DNA of 64,000 nucleotides from an uncultured Alphaproteobacteria bacterium. Its GTDB lineage: Bacteria; Pseudomonadota; Alphaproteobacteria; Rs-D84. The stretch lies in assembly GCA_949082785.1 (NCBI GenBank), contig CARVLU010000004.1:23371-87370 (forward strand), written 5' to 3'. Each line of letters starts with the position of its first letter. The first letter of the stretch is position 1. Made by a program: the position numbers and the translations under genes. Positions 1 through 9,781 of this stretch are shown one piece after another. Under the pieces are notes generated by a model. That model worked only from the letters and a program-made list of their open reading frames with translations. It did no database searches and was not told where the DNA came from.

Positions 1-470
1 TCGACGGGATTTTTTCCAACCCACGACGCAACACCGAATAAAATGGCAATCTGACGTTTGGCAATATATTCGCCCAGTCCCAGCCACAGCATACGCATCA
101 CCAGGCCGTTTTCACGATACGCGGCATCAACGCATGCGCGTGACATTTCTGCGATGTTTCCCTGGGCCTTTTTAATCTTGGAAATATTAAATTCAGATTC
201 GGTATAAAACCCGCCCATTTTTTCGGCCGCATCGCGGTCGATGATACGATACGTTCCGACGATTTTGTCGCCATGAAACACCGCCATATATTCGGCGAAC
301 AAATCGAACGCGTCATATTCTTCGCGCAGACTTTTTTGTTCTTCGGTGGCGGACGCGCCTTCTTCTTCGACAAACACGGCATAGCGCAACGCGCGCACCT
401 GTCTGCGTTCTTCTTTGGTTCGGGTCAATCGCACTTCGTAATCGCGTACCTTGATAGCCATTTTATTTAA
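1..470 (-). CDS. GNAT-fold N-acyltransferase (OlsB/hemolysin-like), 3' end truncated by window edge
   Basis: Reading from ATG at 470-468 gives a coherent frame (MAIKVRDYEVRLTRTKEERRQVRALRYAVFVEEEG...GTYRIIDRD...) that runs off position 1 without a stop. Not listed in the ORF track because no stop falls inside the window. Confidence 0.55.
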
Positions 471-777
471 TCCTTTGTAGCATATATACCCAAAAGCGTA
501 TCAGACAAAGCCGCCATTATCAATCACTTTTATTTTCCTTGCTTCTGGGCAATGGATGATATAACCTGGGATTAAATGCAGACAATAAAATCTGTACCTT
601 GTCTTCAAACGCAAAGGGAATTTATCATGACAAAATCTTTGACTGCCAACTTGTGTAAATATAATTTCTTTATTATGCCTATAAATATGGGATTGTTTGC
701 GCTTGGAATATTGTCCTAGTGCGGACAGCGTCCATACAGTTTATAAACGTAAACGCACAGTACAGGAAAAAAGAGCA

Positions 778-1662
778 ATGAATACGCCAACAGTGTCCAT
801 CGTATTACCATGTTATAATGGCGCACGTTTTCTGGCCGCCAGCTTGGATTCAATTCTGGCCCAAACCTTTACCGATTGGGAATTAATCATCGTCAATGAT
901 CACAGCACCGATGCCAGCCCCCAAATCGCCAACCAATACGCCGCGCGCGACCCGCGCATCCGCGTTATCCACAATGAAACAAATCTGAAATTACCGGCCA
1001 GTTTGAATGTCGGTTTTGGTGCCGCCCGCGCCCCTTACCTGACATGGACCAGTGATGACAATATGGCAAAGCCCGACTGGCTGTCAACACTGGTCGAATA
1101 TTTAAACGCGCACCCCGACACCGACATGGTCTGCGCCGATATGGATTTGATTGACGAAGACGCCAACACATACGGCAAACTGTCGGACGGATGCGACCGC
1201 ACGGTGACCGAATTATCATATAAATCAAACGTTGGTGCCGCGTTTATGTACCGCCGCGCCATCGCCGACAAAATCGGCGGATACGACGAAGTCATGTTCT
1301 GTGCCGAAGATTATGATTACTGGGTCCGCATTGCATTGGCGGGGCGTCTGGATTATATCGACGCCAACATATACCGTTATCGTCAAAATCCGGGTTCCCT
1401 GACCGCGACCCAGCAACCACGCATCTGGGCAAAAACCACGGTCATTAAAAACAAGTATCACACCCGCTGGGGCGACCGGTTAAAACTGGGCTGGTGGGGA
1501 CGAAAAAAATTGGCATATCTGTGCCGCAACCCATATCCGCGCGCTGAATTCAGCCTGGTGGGCATGCGTCATCTGTTTGTGCGCCAAATCATCGGCCTGG
1601 TGTTCTGTTGGAATCCGAAGCTGCGCCGCCAAATAAAAAACAAATTCGAAGTCAAATTATAA
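778..1662 (+). CDS. family 2 glycosyltransferase
   Basis: VSIVLPCYNGARFLAASLDSILAQTFTDWELIIVNDHSTDAS is a typical GT2 N-terminus with a DxD-type motif. The ATG at 778 has an upstream aggaaaaaaga ribosome-binding site; the longer listed ORF start is probably an artefact. Confidence 0.8.
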   Translation: MNTPTVSIVLPCYNGARFLAASLDSILAQTFTDWELIIVNDHSTDASPQIANQYAARDPRIRVIHNETNLKLPASLNVGFGAARAPYLTWTSDDNMAKPDWLSTLVEYLNAHPDTDMVCADMDLIDEDANTYGKLSDGCDRTVTELSYKSNVGAAFMYRRAIADKIGGYDEVMFCAEDYDYWVRIALAGRLDYIDANIYRYRQNPGSLTATQQPRIWAKTTVIKNKYHTRWGDRLKLGWWGRKKLAYLCRNPYPRAEFSLVGMRHLFVRQIIGLVFCWNPKLRRQIKNKFEVKL

Positions 1663-1680
1663 AACACGGGGGAAATTACC

Positions 1681-2796
1681 ATGAAAAATATTATCGTCAT
1701 TTTGGGGACACGACCCGAAGCAATCAAGCTGGCTCCTGTCATCTTGGAACTGCGTAAAAATCCGAACAATCGCGTCTTTGTCTGCAACACCGAACAACAA
1801 AAAGAATTATCCAATCAGACACTGGGATTTTTCGGAATTCGGGCGGACTTTAACCTGGACGTGATGCGGCCCAATCAAACACTGGCCGGGGTCCAGTCAC
1901 GCATTTTAACCGCCCTGTCGGATGTGTATCAAAACAATCACTTTGACGCGACCATCGTCCAGGGTGACACCATGACCGTGTTCTGTGGGGCATTGGTATC
2001 GTTTTATAACCGCGTCCCGGTCTTTCATGTCGAAGCAGGCCTGCGTTCATACGACCTGTTCGAACCATTCCCCGAAGAAGCCATGCGCCAAATGACATCA
2101 CGCATCACGGACTTGCACTTTGCGCCGACACAACTGGCATACGATTCTTTAATCCGCGAAGGCATCAGCCCCGACAAAATCAAATTGACCGGTAACACGG
2201 TTATCGACGCGCTGTCGTGTCTGTCGGATGAAACGATTGATAACGCGTGCACGGCCATGCACAACCGCGGGGTACGTCTGGACGACAAACTGGTACTGGT
2301 GACGGCGCACCGCCGTGAAAACCATGGCCAGCGTCTGGACCAAATTTTGGATGCAGTTCAAACATTGACCGCCGAATTCCCCGACCATCAATTTGTGTTG
2401 CCGGTCCATCCCAATCCGAACGTTCATGACAAAGTCTATGCGGCACTGGACAAAATCCCGAACGTGATTTTGACGGCGCCATTGGATTATCCGGAACTGG
2501 TGTGCATCATGCGCAATACAAAACTGGTTCTGACCGATTCCGGCGGCATCCAAGAAGAAGCCCCCACATTCGGCGCCCCCGTTTTGGTCATGCGTTACGA
2601 AACCGAACGAACCGAAGGCGTCACCGCCGGCTTTGCCAAACTGGTGGGGGCCGACACGGATAAAATTTTGGAAAACGCACGTGCGGTTTTGGGGCGTGAC
2701 AAATCCGAAACACGCCTGGACGGTTCCAAAAATCCGTATGGCGACGGTAAATCGGCCCAGAAAATTGACACCGCAATAGGGGAATTTTGGAAATGA
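1681..2796 (+). CDS. wecB: UDP-N-acetylglucosamine 2-epimerase (non-hydrolysing)
   Basis: MKNIIVILGTRPEAIKLAPV...HVEAGLRS...TDSGGIQEEAP is the canonical WecB/MnaA pattern. Confidence 0.9.
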   Translation: MKNIIVILGTRPEAIKLAPVILELRKNPNNRVFVCNTEQQKELSNQTLGFFGIRADFNLDVMRPNQTLAGVQSRILTALSDVYQNNHFDATIVQGDTMTVFCGALVSFYNRVPVFHVEAGLRSYDLFEPFPEEAMRQMTSRITDLHFAPTQLAYDSLIREGISPDKIKLTGNTVIDALSCLSDETIDNACTAMHNRGVRLDDKLVLVTAHRRENHGQRLDQILDAVQTLTAEFPDHQFVLPVHPNPNVHDKVYAALDKIPNVILTAPLDYPELVCIMRNTKLVLTDSGGIQEEAPTFGAPVLVMRYETERTEGVTAGFAKLVGADTDKILENARAVLGRDKSETRLDGSKNPYGDGKSAQKIDTAIGEFWK

Positions 2797-3587
2797 CAAA
2801 CCCCCGCCTGATTGCCATTACAATTGTTCGCAATGAAACCGGAAACTATCTGACCGAATGGTTGAAAAATATCGGTTCGATTGCGGATTACCACGTGTTT
2901 CTGGACGACGCGTCGGACGATGATACGCCGGCCGTTATTTCACGACATCTGGAATCACATCCGGGCGAACTGCACCGGCGTAAAACATCACTGTTTCGTG
3001 AAAACGAACCGGCACTGCGCGGGCAACTGTGGGAACACGTGCGCCGCGTGGCGCGGCCGGGCGACTGGATTTTGATTGTGGATGCCGACGAATTTTACGA
3101 CCACAATTTGATGCGGTTAAAACCGCAACTGTTGGCCGACCGTTACCCCGACGTCGAAGTGGTTAAGGTATCCTGTCTGGACATGTGGAACAAAACATCG
3201 TACCGCACCGACGGTCTGTGGTCACCGGAATATGTGGACACGCGCATCATCCGGTATCACGATGTTCCGTTTGGCGCAACGGGGACTGAATTGCATTTGC
3301 CGCCGTATCCGGCATCGACCAACCTGGCCCAGAATTTAAAAATCTGGATTCCGAAAATCCATCTGGCATATCTGCGCAATGGGGACAAGATTCGCCGGTA
3401 TAATTTTTATACCACGAATGTATCGGCGGACACGGACCCGGTATCGCACCGGCATGCGATGTCGATTGCCGACACCGATGTCCAGTGCACACCGTATATA
3501 ACGCCAATGTATACATTGGCCGCGCATTTGCGCGGCCGGTGGCAAAATTTACACATCCGCCGCACCTTGAAAAAATATGGGAAATAA
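2793..3587 (+). CDS. putative GT-A fold glycosyltransferase
   Basis: IAITIVRNE...FLDDASDDDT...IVDADEF carries DxD-like acidic motifs. The ATG at 2793 overlaps the wecB stop (ATGA), so it is operonic with wecB. Confidence 0.5.
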   Translation: MTNPRLIAITIVRNETGNYLTEWLKNIGSIADYHVFLDDASDDDTPAVISRHLESHPGELHRRKTSLFRENEPALRGQLWEHVRRVARPGDWILIVDADEFYDHNLMRLKPQLLADRYPDVEVVKVSCLDMWNKTSYRTDGLWSPEYVDTRIIRYHDVPFGATGTELHLPPYPASTNLAQNLKIWIPKIHLAYLRNGDKIRRYNFYTTNVSADTDPVSHRHAMSIADTDVQCTPYITPMYTLAAHLRGRWQNLHIRRTLKKYGK

Positions 3588-3590
3588 AAA

Positions 3591-4808
3591 ATGACGATTA
3601 AAAAAGCATTCAAAAAAACATTTCGATTTGTTCGCGACGTTGTAACCGTCCGCCCGCTGCGTAAATATATCGGCCGGAAATTGGCCGCGCGCCAGTATCA
3701 GCGCATTGTATCCAACGTCGAATCACAATACGACGGCCGCCCCGTTTTGATATTCCAACACGCGATGTTCGATAACCGCGGGGAAAAATGTTATAACGGC
3801 GGCGCGGAACGCTATGTCACCGATTTGGCCGATATTTTACAGGGTCGCGGCTATACCCCCATTTTGATTCAGATGGGCGATGAAAAAGTCGGCCTGTGGG
3901 AACGCCGCGTCGGGAATTTGCGCATCTTTGGTTTGCCGGTGCGCGATTATCTGGCGACAATTGCGCTGTTTCGCAAATATGAATTTGTGATTTATTCCGG
4001 CGCCACGCATTGGGGTAAAAAATTGCATCCCAACATTTTGATTTCGCACGGCATTACATGGGACATTCATGGTTCCGACGTGAAAACCAACGACATCCTG
4101 GGGATGTTTGCGGGCGTTGATAAATTTGTATCGGTCGATACGAACACCATTTCGTGGCTGCGGACGACGTTTGCAAAGACACTGCGCCATTTTGATGCGA
4201 CATATGTGCCGAACTATGTTGACACATCGGTCTATAAGCCGGCACCCCGCAAGCCCGATGGCCACATTCAAATCACGTTCCCGCGCCGCGCGGCCCCCGA
4301 ACGGGGCTATTGGCTGATGTCGGCCGCACTGCCGCCCATTATGGAAAAATACCCGAATGTCTTGTTTGATTTTGTGGGTTTTGCGCACGGGGATGAAATC
4401 AACAACGACATCAAAAAATTGACCCATCGTTTTCCCGGCCGCGTGAAACACTATGTCTGCACGCCCGATGAAATGCCCGCGATTTATCAACGCGCAGACA
4501 TTTCCCTGGTCCCGACCATTTATGCCGAAGGCACGTCCCTGTCCTGTCTGGAAGCCCAGGCCACCGGCAACATCGTCATCGCGACCAACATCGGTGGATT
4601 GCCGAACCTGGTGCTGGACGGATACAACGGCCTGTTAATCAGTCCCGATGCCCACAGCCTGATGACGGCGCTGGACCGTGTTTTGGCGGACCCCAAATTA
4701 CAGAAAACTTTGTCGGCCAACGCGGTTGCCGTTGCCGCCGCATTTGACAAGAAAAATTGGATTCGCCGCTGGGGTGATATCGTTGATTCCATGAACGGGG
4801 GAAATTAA
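3591..4808 (+). CDS. GT1/GT4 family glycosyltransferase
   Basis: C-terminal EGTSLSCLEAQATGNIVIATNIGGLPNLVLDGYNGLL is the EX7E-type motif region of retaining GT4 enzymes. Confidence 0.8.
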   Translation: MTIKKAFKKTFRFVRDVVTVRPLRKYIGRKLAARQYQRIVSNVESQYDGRPVLIFQHAMFDNRGEKCYNGGAERYVTDLADILQGRGYTPILIQMGDEKVGLWERRVGNLRIFGLPVRDYLATIALFRKYEFVIYSGATHWGKKLHPNILISHGITWDIHGSDVKTNDILGMFAGVDKFVSVDTNTISWLRTTFAKTLRHFDATYVPNYVDTSVYKPAPRKPDGHIQITFPRRAAPERGYWLMSAALPPIMEKYPNVLFDFVGFAHGDEINNDIKKLTHRFPGRVKHYVCTPDEMPAIYQRADISLVPTIYAEGTSLSCLEAQATGNIVIATNIGGLPNLVLDGYNGLLISPDAHSLMTALDRVLADPKLQKTLSANAVAVAAAFDKKNWIRRWGDIVDSMNGGN

Positions 4809-4809
4809 A

Positions 4810-5619
4810 ATGCGCAATCCATTTCGCCGGCGGGTGCCCGAAACAGCCGACAATTCCATCGAAACATTTCTGACATGGTTTCAATCGGCCCGACCGCAAT
4901 CTTATAAACGCCTGGACAGCGAAGATTGGGCGGCCGCGCACGATGAACAGTGCGCCCAACTGCAATCGCAAATTCGCAACGACGCGTTTTTAAACGAATG
5001 GACGACGGAAATAGAACGCCTGACAATGCCGGGCGAAACGGTTTTGGAAATCGGATGCGCATTGGGCGCAACATCCCTGTATCTGGGGCGGCGCGGGCGC
5101 GTGGTCACGGGTCTGGATTATGCCCAGCGGATGTGTGACACATTTATCACAAACGCCGCCGCATTGGGGATTCGGGCCGACGCCATCTGCGCTGACATTA
5201 CGCGACCATTGCCGATTGCGGACAATGCGTATGACGTGGTGTGGCATGCGGGGGTGATTGAACATTTCACCAATGACGAAGCCCAATTTATCATCCGCGA
5301 AAACGCCCGCGTTGCGCGCCGGTGCGTGATATCAATGGCACCGAACGCCGCATCACTGGCATACCGGATTGGCAAAGAATACGCCGAACGCACAGGCGGA
5401 TGGCTGGCCGGCGAAGAACACCCGAAATACACGCAACAGGATTTGTTTATCAACGCGGGCCTGCGCAATATTCGCGAATATTCGATTGATATGAATTTCG
5501 CCCTGGCCTTTTTGCCACCGGGAAAATTGCGCGACACGCTGACAACCATTTATCAAAACCTGCCGACATCGGATGACATTCACCAAGGCTACCTGTTGGT
5601 CACCATCGGAGAAAAATAA
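4810..5619 (+). CDS. class I SAM-dependent methyltransferase
   Basis: VLEIGCALGATSLYLGRRGRVVTGLDY (motif I) and DVVWHAGVIEHF (motif post-II). Confidence 0.75.
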   Translation: MRNPFRRRVPETADNSIETFLTWFQSARPQSYKRLDSEDWAAAHDEQCAQLQSQIRNDAFLNEWTTEIERLTMPGETVLEIGCALGATSLYLGRRGRVVTGLDYAQRMCDTFITNAAALGIRADAICADITRPLPIADNAYDVVWHAGVIEHFTNDEAQFIIRENARVARRCVISMAPNAASLAYRIGKEYAERTGGWLAGEEHPKYTQQDLFINAGLRNIREYSIDMNFALAFLPPGKLRDTLTTIYQNLPTSDDIHQGYLLVTIGEK

Positions 5620-5620
5620 C

Positions 5621-6508
5621 ATGACCCACAAACCAATGATTTCCGTTATCATACCATTTTATAATGAATATAATTATCTAGAAAATGCGGTTTTATCTGT
5701 ATTATTCCAATCCTATAAAAATATAGAAGTTTTGGTTGTTGATGATTCCGGCACCCACAGCGCCCGTGACATCGTCAAAAATCTGAAAGACAAACGCGTC
5801 CGTTTATTGGATTATGGCGAAAATCGTGGCGTGTCCGCGGCCCGTAATTATGGTCTGGCCCATGCCAAGGGGGATTGGGTTTATTTTCTGGACAGTGATG
5901 ATTTTATCAGTTCAAACTTTCTGGACCGATGCCTGGCGGCGGCCCAGTATTCCAAATTACCCGTCGCGGGAATCATCCGGCACATCAACACCCCCGACAA
6001 ACTGATTGCCAAGTTTGGCAGTGACAGTTTGGATTTTGTGATTTTTTCAATCGAAGTAAACAGTGGTTCAAACGCAGCCGCAATGCACCATCAGTATATA
6101 TATTCCAAAAAATTTCTGGATACCAATAAAATCAGATTCTGCGAAGGCTTGGTTTTCGGCGAAGACCTGTTATTTCATTTATTGGTCGCCAGCTATGCGC
6201 GTTTTGTATGTTTAACCGGTGGCGCTTTTTATTATTTCCGCGCGCCCACCCCGGATAAAATTCGCCCATACACCGCCCAAGATTGTCAAAAATGGATTAT
6301 AACAAAACAAAAATTTGAATCTGAATATTCAAGAATTTTAACCTTGGGCAACCCCCGATTAAACAGTCAAGATGCCGAAACATTGATAAAAAATATGACT
6401 GATTTATCAACCCCGAAACAGCATGTATCGCGTACGGTTCGTGTTTTGGCATGCGTTATCCCTGTGCGAAAATGGCGGCGAAAATTTCGCAACCATTTTG
6501 CACATTAA
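5621..6508 (+). CDS. family 2 glycosyltransferase (AT-rich gene)
   Basis: MISVIIPFYNEYNYLENAVLSVLFQSYKNIEVLVVDDSG. The ATG at 5621 overlaps the methyltransferase stop. Base composition is visibly more AT-rich than flanking genes. Confidence 0.8.
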   Translation: MTHKPMISVIIPFYNEYNYLENAVLSVLFQSYKNIEVLVVDDSGTHSARDIVKNLKDKRVRLLDYGENRGVSAARNYGLAHAKGDWVYFLDSDDFISSNFLDRCLAAAQYSKLPVAGIIRHINTPDKLIAKFGSDSLDFVIFSIEVNSGSNAAAMHHQYIYSKKFLDTNKIRFCEGLVFGEDLLFHLLVASYARFVCLTGGAFYYFRAPTPDKIRPYTAQDCQKWIITKQKFESEYSRILTLGNPRLNSQDAETLIKNMTDLSTPKQHVSRTVRVLACVIPVRKWRRKFRNHFAH

Positions 6509-6512
6509 AACA

Positions 6513-7010
6513 TTATTCTGACATTCCGTGAATCATCCAGTCATATTTACTTTGCTGTGTACTGACCCCACCCCCATTCCAACGTACCTGCAAACTGAAT
6601 GACGTTGCGGTTTTGGACCCGACCAGCAAATTAATTGTCAGCGAACCAACGTTTTCATAACTACCAAATGCCTTGGGGATGGCGGTTATGGTATAATTTG
6701 TGTCTGCCATTGCAACAGGCAGTTTGACCGCCCCGGTTCCTTCGTTAATGCCGCCCTGTTCAATCCAACCGGATTGATATTTACGATACCATGTATAGTT
6801 ATTTTCGGCCGATGGCACCTGACAGTCCACCACAAAATCGATGCCATCGGGCAATGCCGGGGTCGCACCGATGGTATGCCCGCCCGGTGTTACACCATCA
6901 TGTAAACGCAGTGTCGTATTTGTTGTATCCATTGTTATTTCGCCAACCGCCCCGGTAAAAGATTCATGCTGGGCCGCGCTGCCGCGACGAATTTGAATTT
7001 GACGCGCCAT
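6513..7010 (-). CDS. phage tail-fibre-like protein with Mtd_N-type N-terminal motif
   Basis: N-terminus MARQIQIRRGSAAQHESFTGAVGEITMDTTNTTLRLHDGVTPGG matches the conserved IQ(I/F)RRG(S/T)AAQ...GE(I)..DT....L..HDG.T.GG N-terminal domain of phage receptor-binding/tail fibre proteins (Bordetella phage Mtd type). There is an aaggaa ribosome-binding site 8 nt upstream of the ATG. Confidence 0.55.
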   Translation of the reverse strand: MARQIQIRRGSAAQHESFTGAVGEITMDTTNTTLRLHDGVTPGGHTIGATPALPDGIDFVVDCQVPSAENNYTWYRKYQSGWIEQGGINEGTGAVKLPVAMADTNYTITAIPKAFGSYENVGSLTINLLVGSKTATSFSLQVRWNGGGVSTQQSKYDWMIHGMSE

Positions 7011-7034
7011 AATTAAATTCCTTTTGTTTGCATT

Positions 7035-7073
7035 AAAATGAAAATAAAATCAGCCGCCCAAAAAGGACGGCTG
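7035..7073 (-). terminator. intrinsic terminator-like hairpin (cagccgtcc ttttt gggcggctg + U-run) downstream of the transglycosylase gene
   Basis: Perfect 9 bp stem followed by attttatttt on the minus strand. Confidence 0.55.
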
Positions 7074-7112
7074 AATAATCTTATTATACCAGAATTTGGG
7101 ATAAAAATCAAC

Positions 7113-8177
7113 CTACTTCAATTCATCGGCCAGTGTTGCGACCGCAATCGCATACCAGTTGGAATTGTTCCATTTTTTTATCCGGTAAAAATTGGGATAC
7201 GTTAAATACGCAACAATGACCGGGCGCGGCGCAATATCGGTATCCGTGCCGTATTCGGATGCCGCATCGACCGTGGTGGCAGATTCCTGTAACGCATCCT
7301 GTCGCAAATCGGCAACCAAACCCGCCGCCATATCCGCAACCGGGATGGGCGTGCCATCGGGATTTGTAACCCCCATCGCGGCCCATTCGGTCAAATTTTT
7401 CCGCGTTTTACCATCGACCAGCGATAAATCAAAATCCGCCGGCAACGTCACGCGCCGCACAATACGTTGGGACGGGTCCCACCCCAGTTTATTCAAATAA
7501 TTGCCCGCGCTGAACATGGCGTCACCCACACTGTGGATAATATCGATTTTCCCGTCGCCATTGCCGTCCGCGCCGTATTGTTCCAGCGTTGTCGGGATAA
7601 ATTGGAAATGCCCCATCGCCCCGGCCCAGCTGCCGTGGATATCGGTGATATCCAGTTTATTTTTACTGGCAGTTTTCATCAGCGACAACAATTGCTTTTT
7701 AAAAAAAGTTTCACGCCGTCCTTCGTACATCAATGTTAAAAACGCATCCGTTAATTGATGTCGCGCCTTGACCGCGCCATAATTCGATTCCAATCCCCAA
7801 AAAGCCAAAATAACATGTGCCGGCACCCCGTATGTGGATTCCACGCGCCCCAGCATTGTTGGATAAACAGTGCGCATTTTTTGACCGTTGCTTATCCGGG
7901 TTTGATTAATCATGCGGCCCAAATATTGGTCCAGTGTTAATTTAAATTCGGATTGATTGGCGTCACTGCGCACAATCGACGGGATAAAGTTCGGCGACCG
8001 CAATGTTGCCTTTATCGTATCGGCATCCACGCCCGCCGCGGTTGCGGACGTGCGCACATCGGCCAAAATCGCGTCCCAGCGTTCCATGTCAAAGCATCCC
8101 CGGTCGGCGCACATTCCCGCCCCCGGCACCAGCGCAATCGCCACCAGCCCGCACAAACGTGACATAAATTTATTCAT
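7113..8177 (-). CDS. lytic murein transglycosylase (MltB family) with C-terminal peptidoglycan-binding domain
   Basis: Signal peptide. GVPAHVILAFWGLESNYG...GAMGHFQFIPTTLEQYGADGNGDGKIDI is the MltB/Slt family 3 catalytic region. Confidence 0.85.
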   Translation of the reverse strand: MNKFMSRLCGLVAIALVPGAGMCADRGCFDMERWDAILADVRTSATAAGVDADTIKATLRSPNFIPSIVRSDANQSEFKLTLDQYLGRMINQTRISNGQKMRTVYPTMLGRVESTYGVPAHVILAFWGLESNYGAVKARHQLTDAFLTLMYEGRRETFFKKQLLSLMKTASKNKLDITDIHGSWAGAMGHFQFIPTTLEQYGADGNGDGKIDIIHSVGDAMFSAGNYLNKLGWDPSQRIVRRVTLPADFDLSLVDGKTRKNLTEWAAMGVTNPDGTPIPVADMAAGLVADLRQDALQESATTVDAASEYGTDTDIAPRPVIVAYLTYPNFYRIKKWNNSNWYAIAVATLADELK

Positions 8178-8201
8178 ATCATCAACCTTGGTTAAAAAAA
8201 C

Positions 8202-9683
8202 TTAAAACGCGTACTTTACACCGATGTGCAAACCGAACGATTGCCATGTGGCGTATTTCAAAGAATTTGAAACATCTTCGGTATGCGCGGGAACCGTTTC
8301 CAAAATCGGCAGATTATTATCGTCCAAGATATACTGGCCATTTTCATCGACCAAATAATGGCTGTATTCTGCGATATATAATTTACCCGGGATGTTGCCC
8401 ACGTGGAAACAGTTTGTGTCAACCTTTAACGACAACTGCAACCGGTCGGACAATCTGTAATTGTATTCCATTTCTGCAATGTACGAATATGCACCCTTGC
8501 TTCCTTCGTCCAAGAAACTGGGGTTTTGTTGCCAATCGGTACGGTTGGGCCAAATCCCTTCGGATGAATATTTGGGCAAACCAAACTGGACATAGAAACG
8601 CAGCTTGTCGTTCAGTGTCATTTGCTTTTCCACCTCCAATCCGACGTAAAATCCAGACCACGTTGTGTTGTAAATATGGGTTGTCCCATCGATACGGACC
8701 ATGCCATCGCCACCGATGATGACGCAATCGCCCGGTTCCACGCCCCACGGAATGGTTCCCATCGCCGGGTCGTAATCACCGGTCACCAATTGATTCCCCA
8801 ATTCAAAGAACCCACTGCCGGGCGCCTGGACCAACTTGATATCTTCGGGCGACATACAGACCTGGTACCAATCGTCGGGTGCGGCGGTACCGACCGGCAA
8901 CGTATAATAATACCCGTTGGCGTCGCCATAGACATAATCCCCCTTGTCCGTCATTAATGGCAGATAAATCCCCGGATTGGGATAAATATGGTCGGACATT
9001 TCCAGATTATGCTTAAAGATTTCATAACCAATCGACGGCGACAATTTCCATCCGCCGATGTCCCACACATGATGGGCGCCCAAACCGATGCGCAAATGAT
9101 TGCTGCGCCCGGACATTTCCCCCATGGAAATGGTAAAAATCCCTTCGGCTGGTTTGGCGTGGTCAAACGGTTCCAAATCGTAATCCATGGACAACCCGCC
9201 ATGGTTTAAATCACCGTACGTGTATTCCCCGTATGCGAACAAATCGAAATTACGAATGGAAAAGTTATGGCGTGCACCGACCGTCAATTCGTTAAAGACC
9301 ATGTCATCCCATTCCAGGATGGAATTAACGCCGGTTTTAAATTGAAAATCCGCAAAGCGGCGCGAATACCCGGCATAGATGCTGGGGCCCTTTTCGGCAT
9401 CCGGCGGCAACGCAATGCCGTTGGTGGTCATGGTGCCGGCGATAATTGCCGATTGCGCGACGGGGCGCGGCACTTCGTACGATTGGCTGCGCGTACCGAC
9501 AACCTGTTTCTGGCCGGATTGACCCACATATTTGGTGTACCCCTGGCTGGCATACTGGCCATACCCCATCTGATTGGCGTTCTGGGTCTGGGTTTGATAG
9601 TAAACGGGCACCCCTTCCTGGGCGGCGATGGCGCCCCCAGACATCAGGATTATGGACAAGATTGCAAAAAAACGTGTATTCAT
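8202..9683 (-). CDS. outer-membrane beta-barrel protein (putative porin/major OMP)
   Basis: N-terminal signal peptide MNTRFFAILSIILMSGGAIAA, alternating amphipathic segments and C-terminal ...GLHIGVKYAF with terminal Phe, typical of OM beta-barrels. No specific family recognised. Confidence 0.5.
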   Translation of the reverse strand: MNTRFFAILSIILMSGGAIAAQEGVPVYYQTQTQNANQMGYGQYASQGYTKYVGQSGQKQVVGTRSQSYEVPRPVAQSAIIAGTMTTNGIALPPDAEKGPSIYAGYSRRFADFQFKTGVNSILEWDDMVFNELTVGARHNFSIRNFDLFAYGEYTYGDLNHGGLSMDYDLEPFDHAKPAEGIFTISMGEMSGRSNHLRIGLGAHHVWDIGGWKLSPSIGYEIFKHNLEMSDHIYPNPGIYLPLMTDKGDYVYGDANGYYYTLPVGTAAPDDWYQVCMSPEDIKLVQAPGSGFFELGNQLVTGDYDPAMGTIPWGVEPGDCVIIGGDGMVRIDGTTHIYNTTWSGFYVGLEVEKQMTLNDKLRFYVQFGLPKYSSEGIWPNRTDWQQNPSFLDEGSKGAYSYIAEMEYNYRLSDRLQLSLKVDTNCFHVGNIPGKLYIAEYSHYLVDENGQYILDDNNLPILETVPAHTEDVSNSLKYATWQSFGLHIGVKYAF

Positions 9684-9781
9684 ACCTAAATAATATCACA
9701 TGCATTATAACATAAAAAAACGCCCGGCAAAAGCGTTAATTATTCCGTGACAATTGGCGCACGTGCGTCTATGATGGAATC

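Noticed and set aside
2149-2799. 216 aa minus-strand ORF inside wecB
   Set aside because: Antisense to a confidently identified wecB.
6513-7010. Prophage call around the tail-fibre-like gene
   Set aside because: There is only a single phage-like gene, with no capsid, terminase or integrase genes and no flanking repeats, so it is treated as an orphan domesticated gene.
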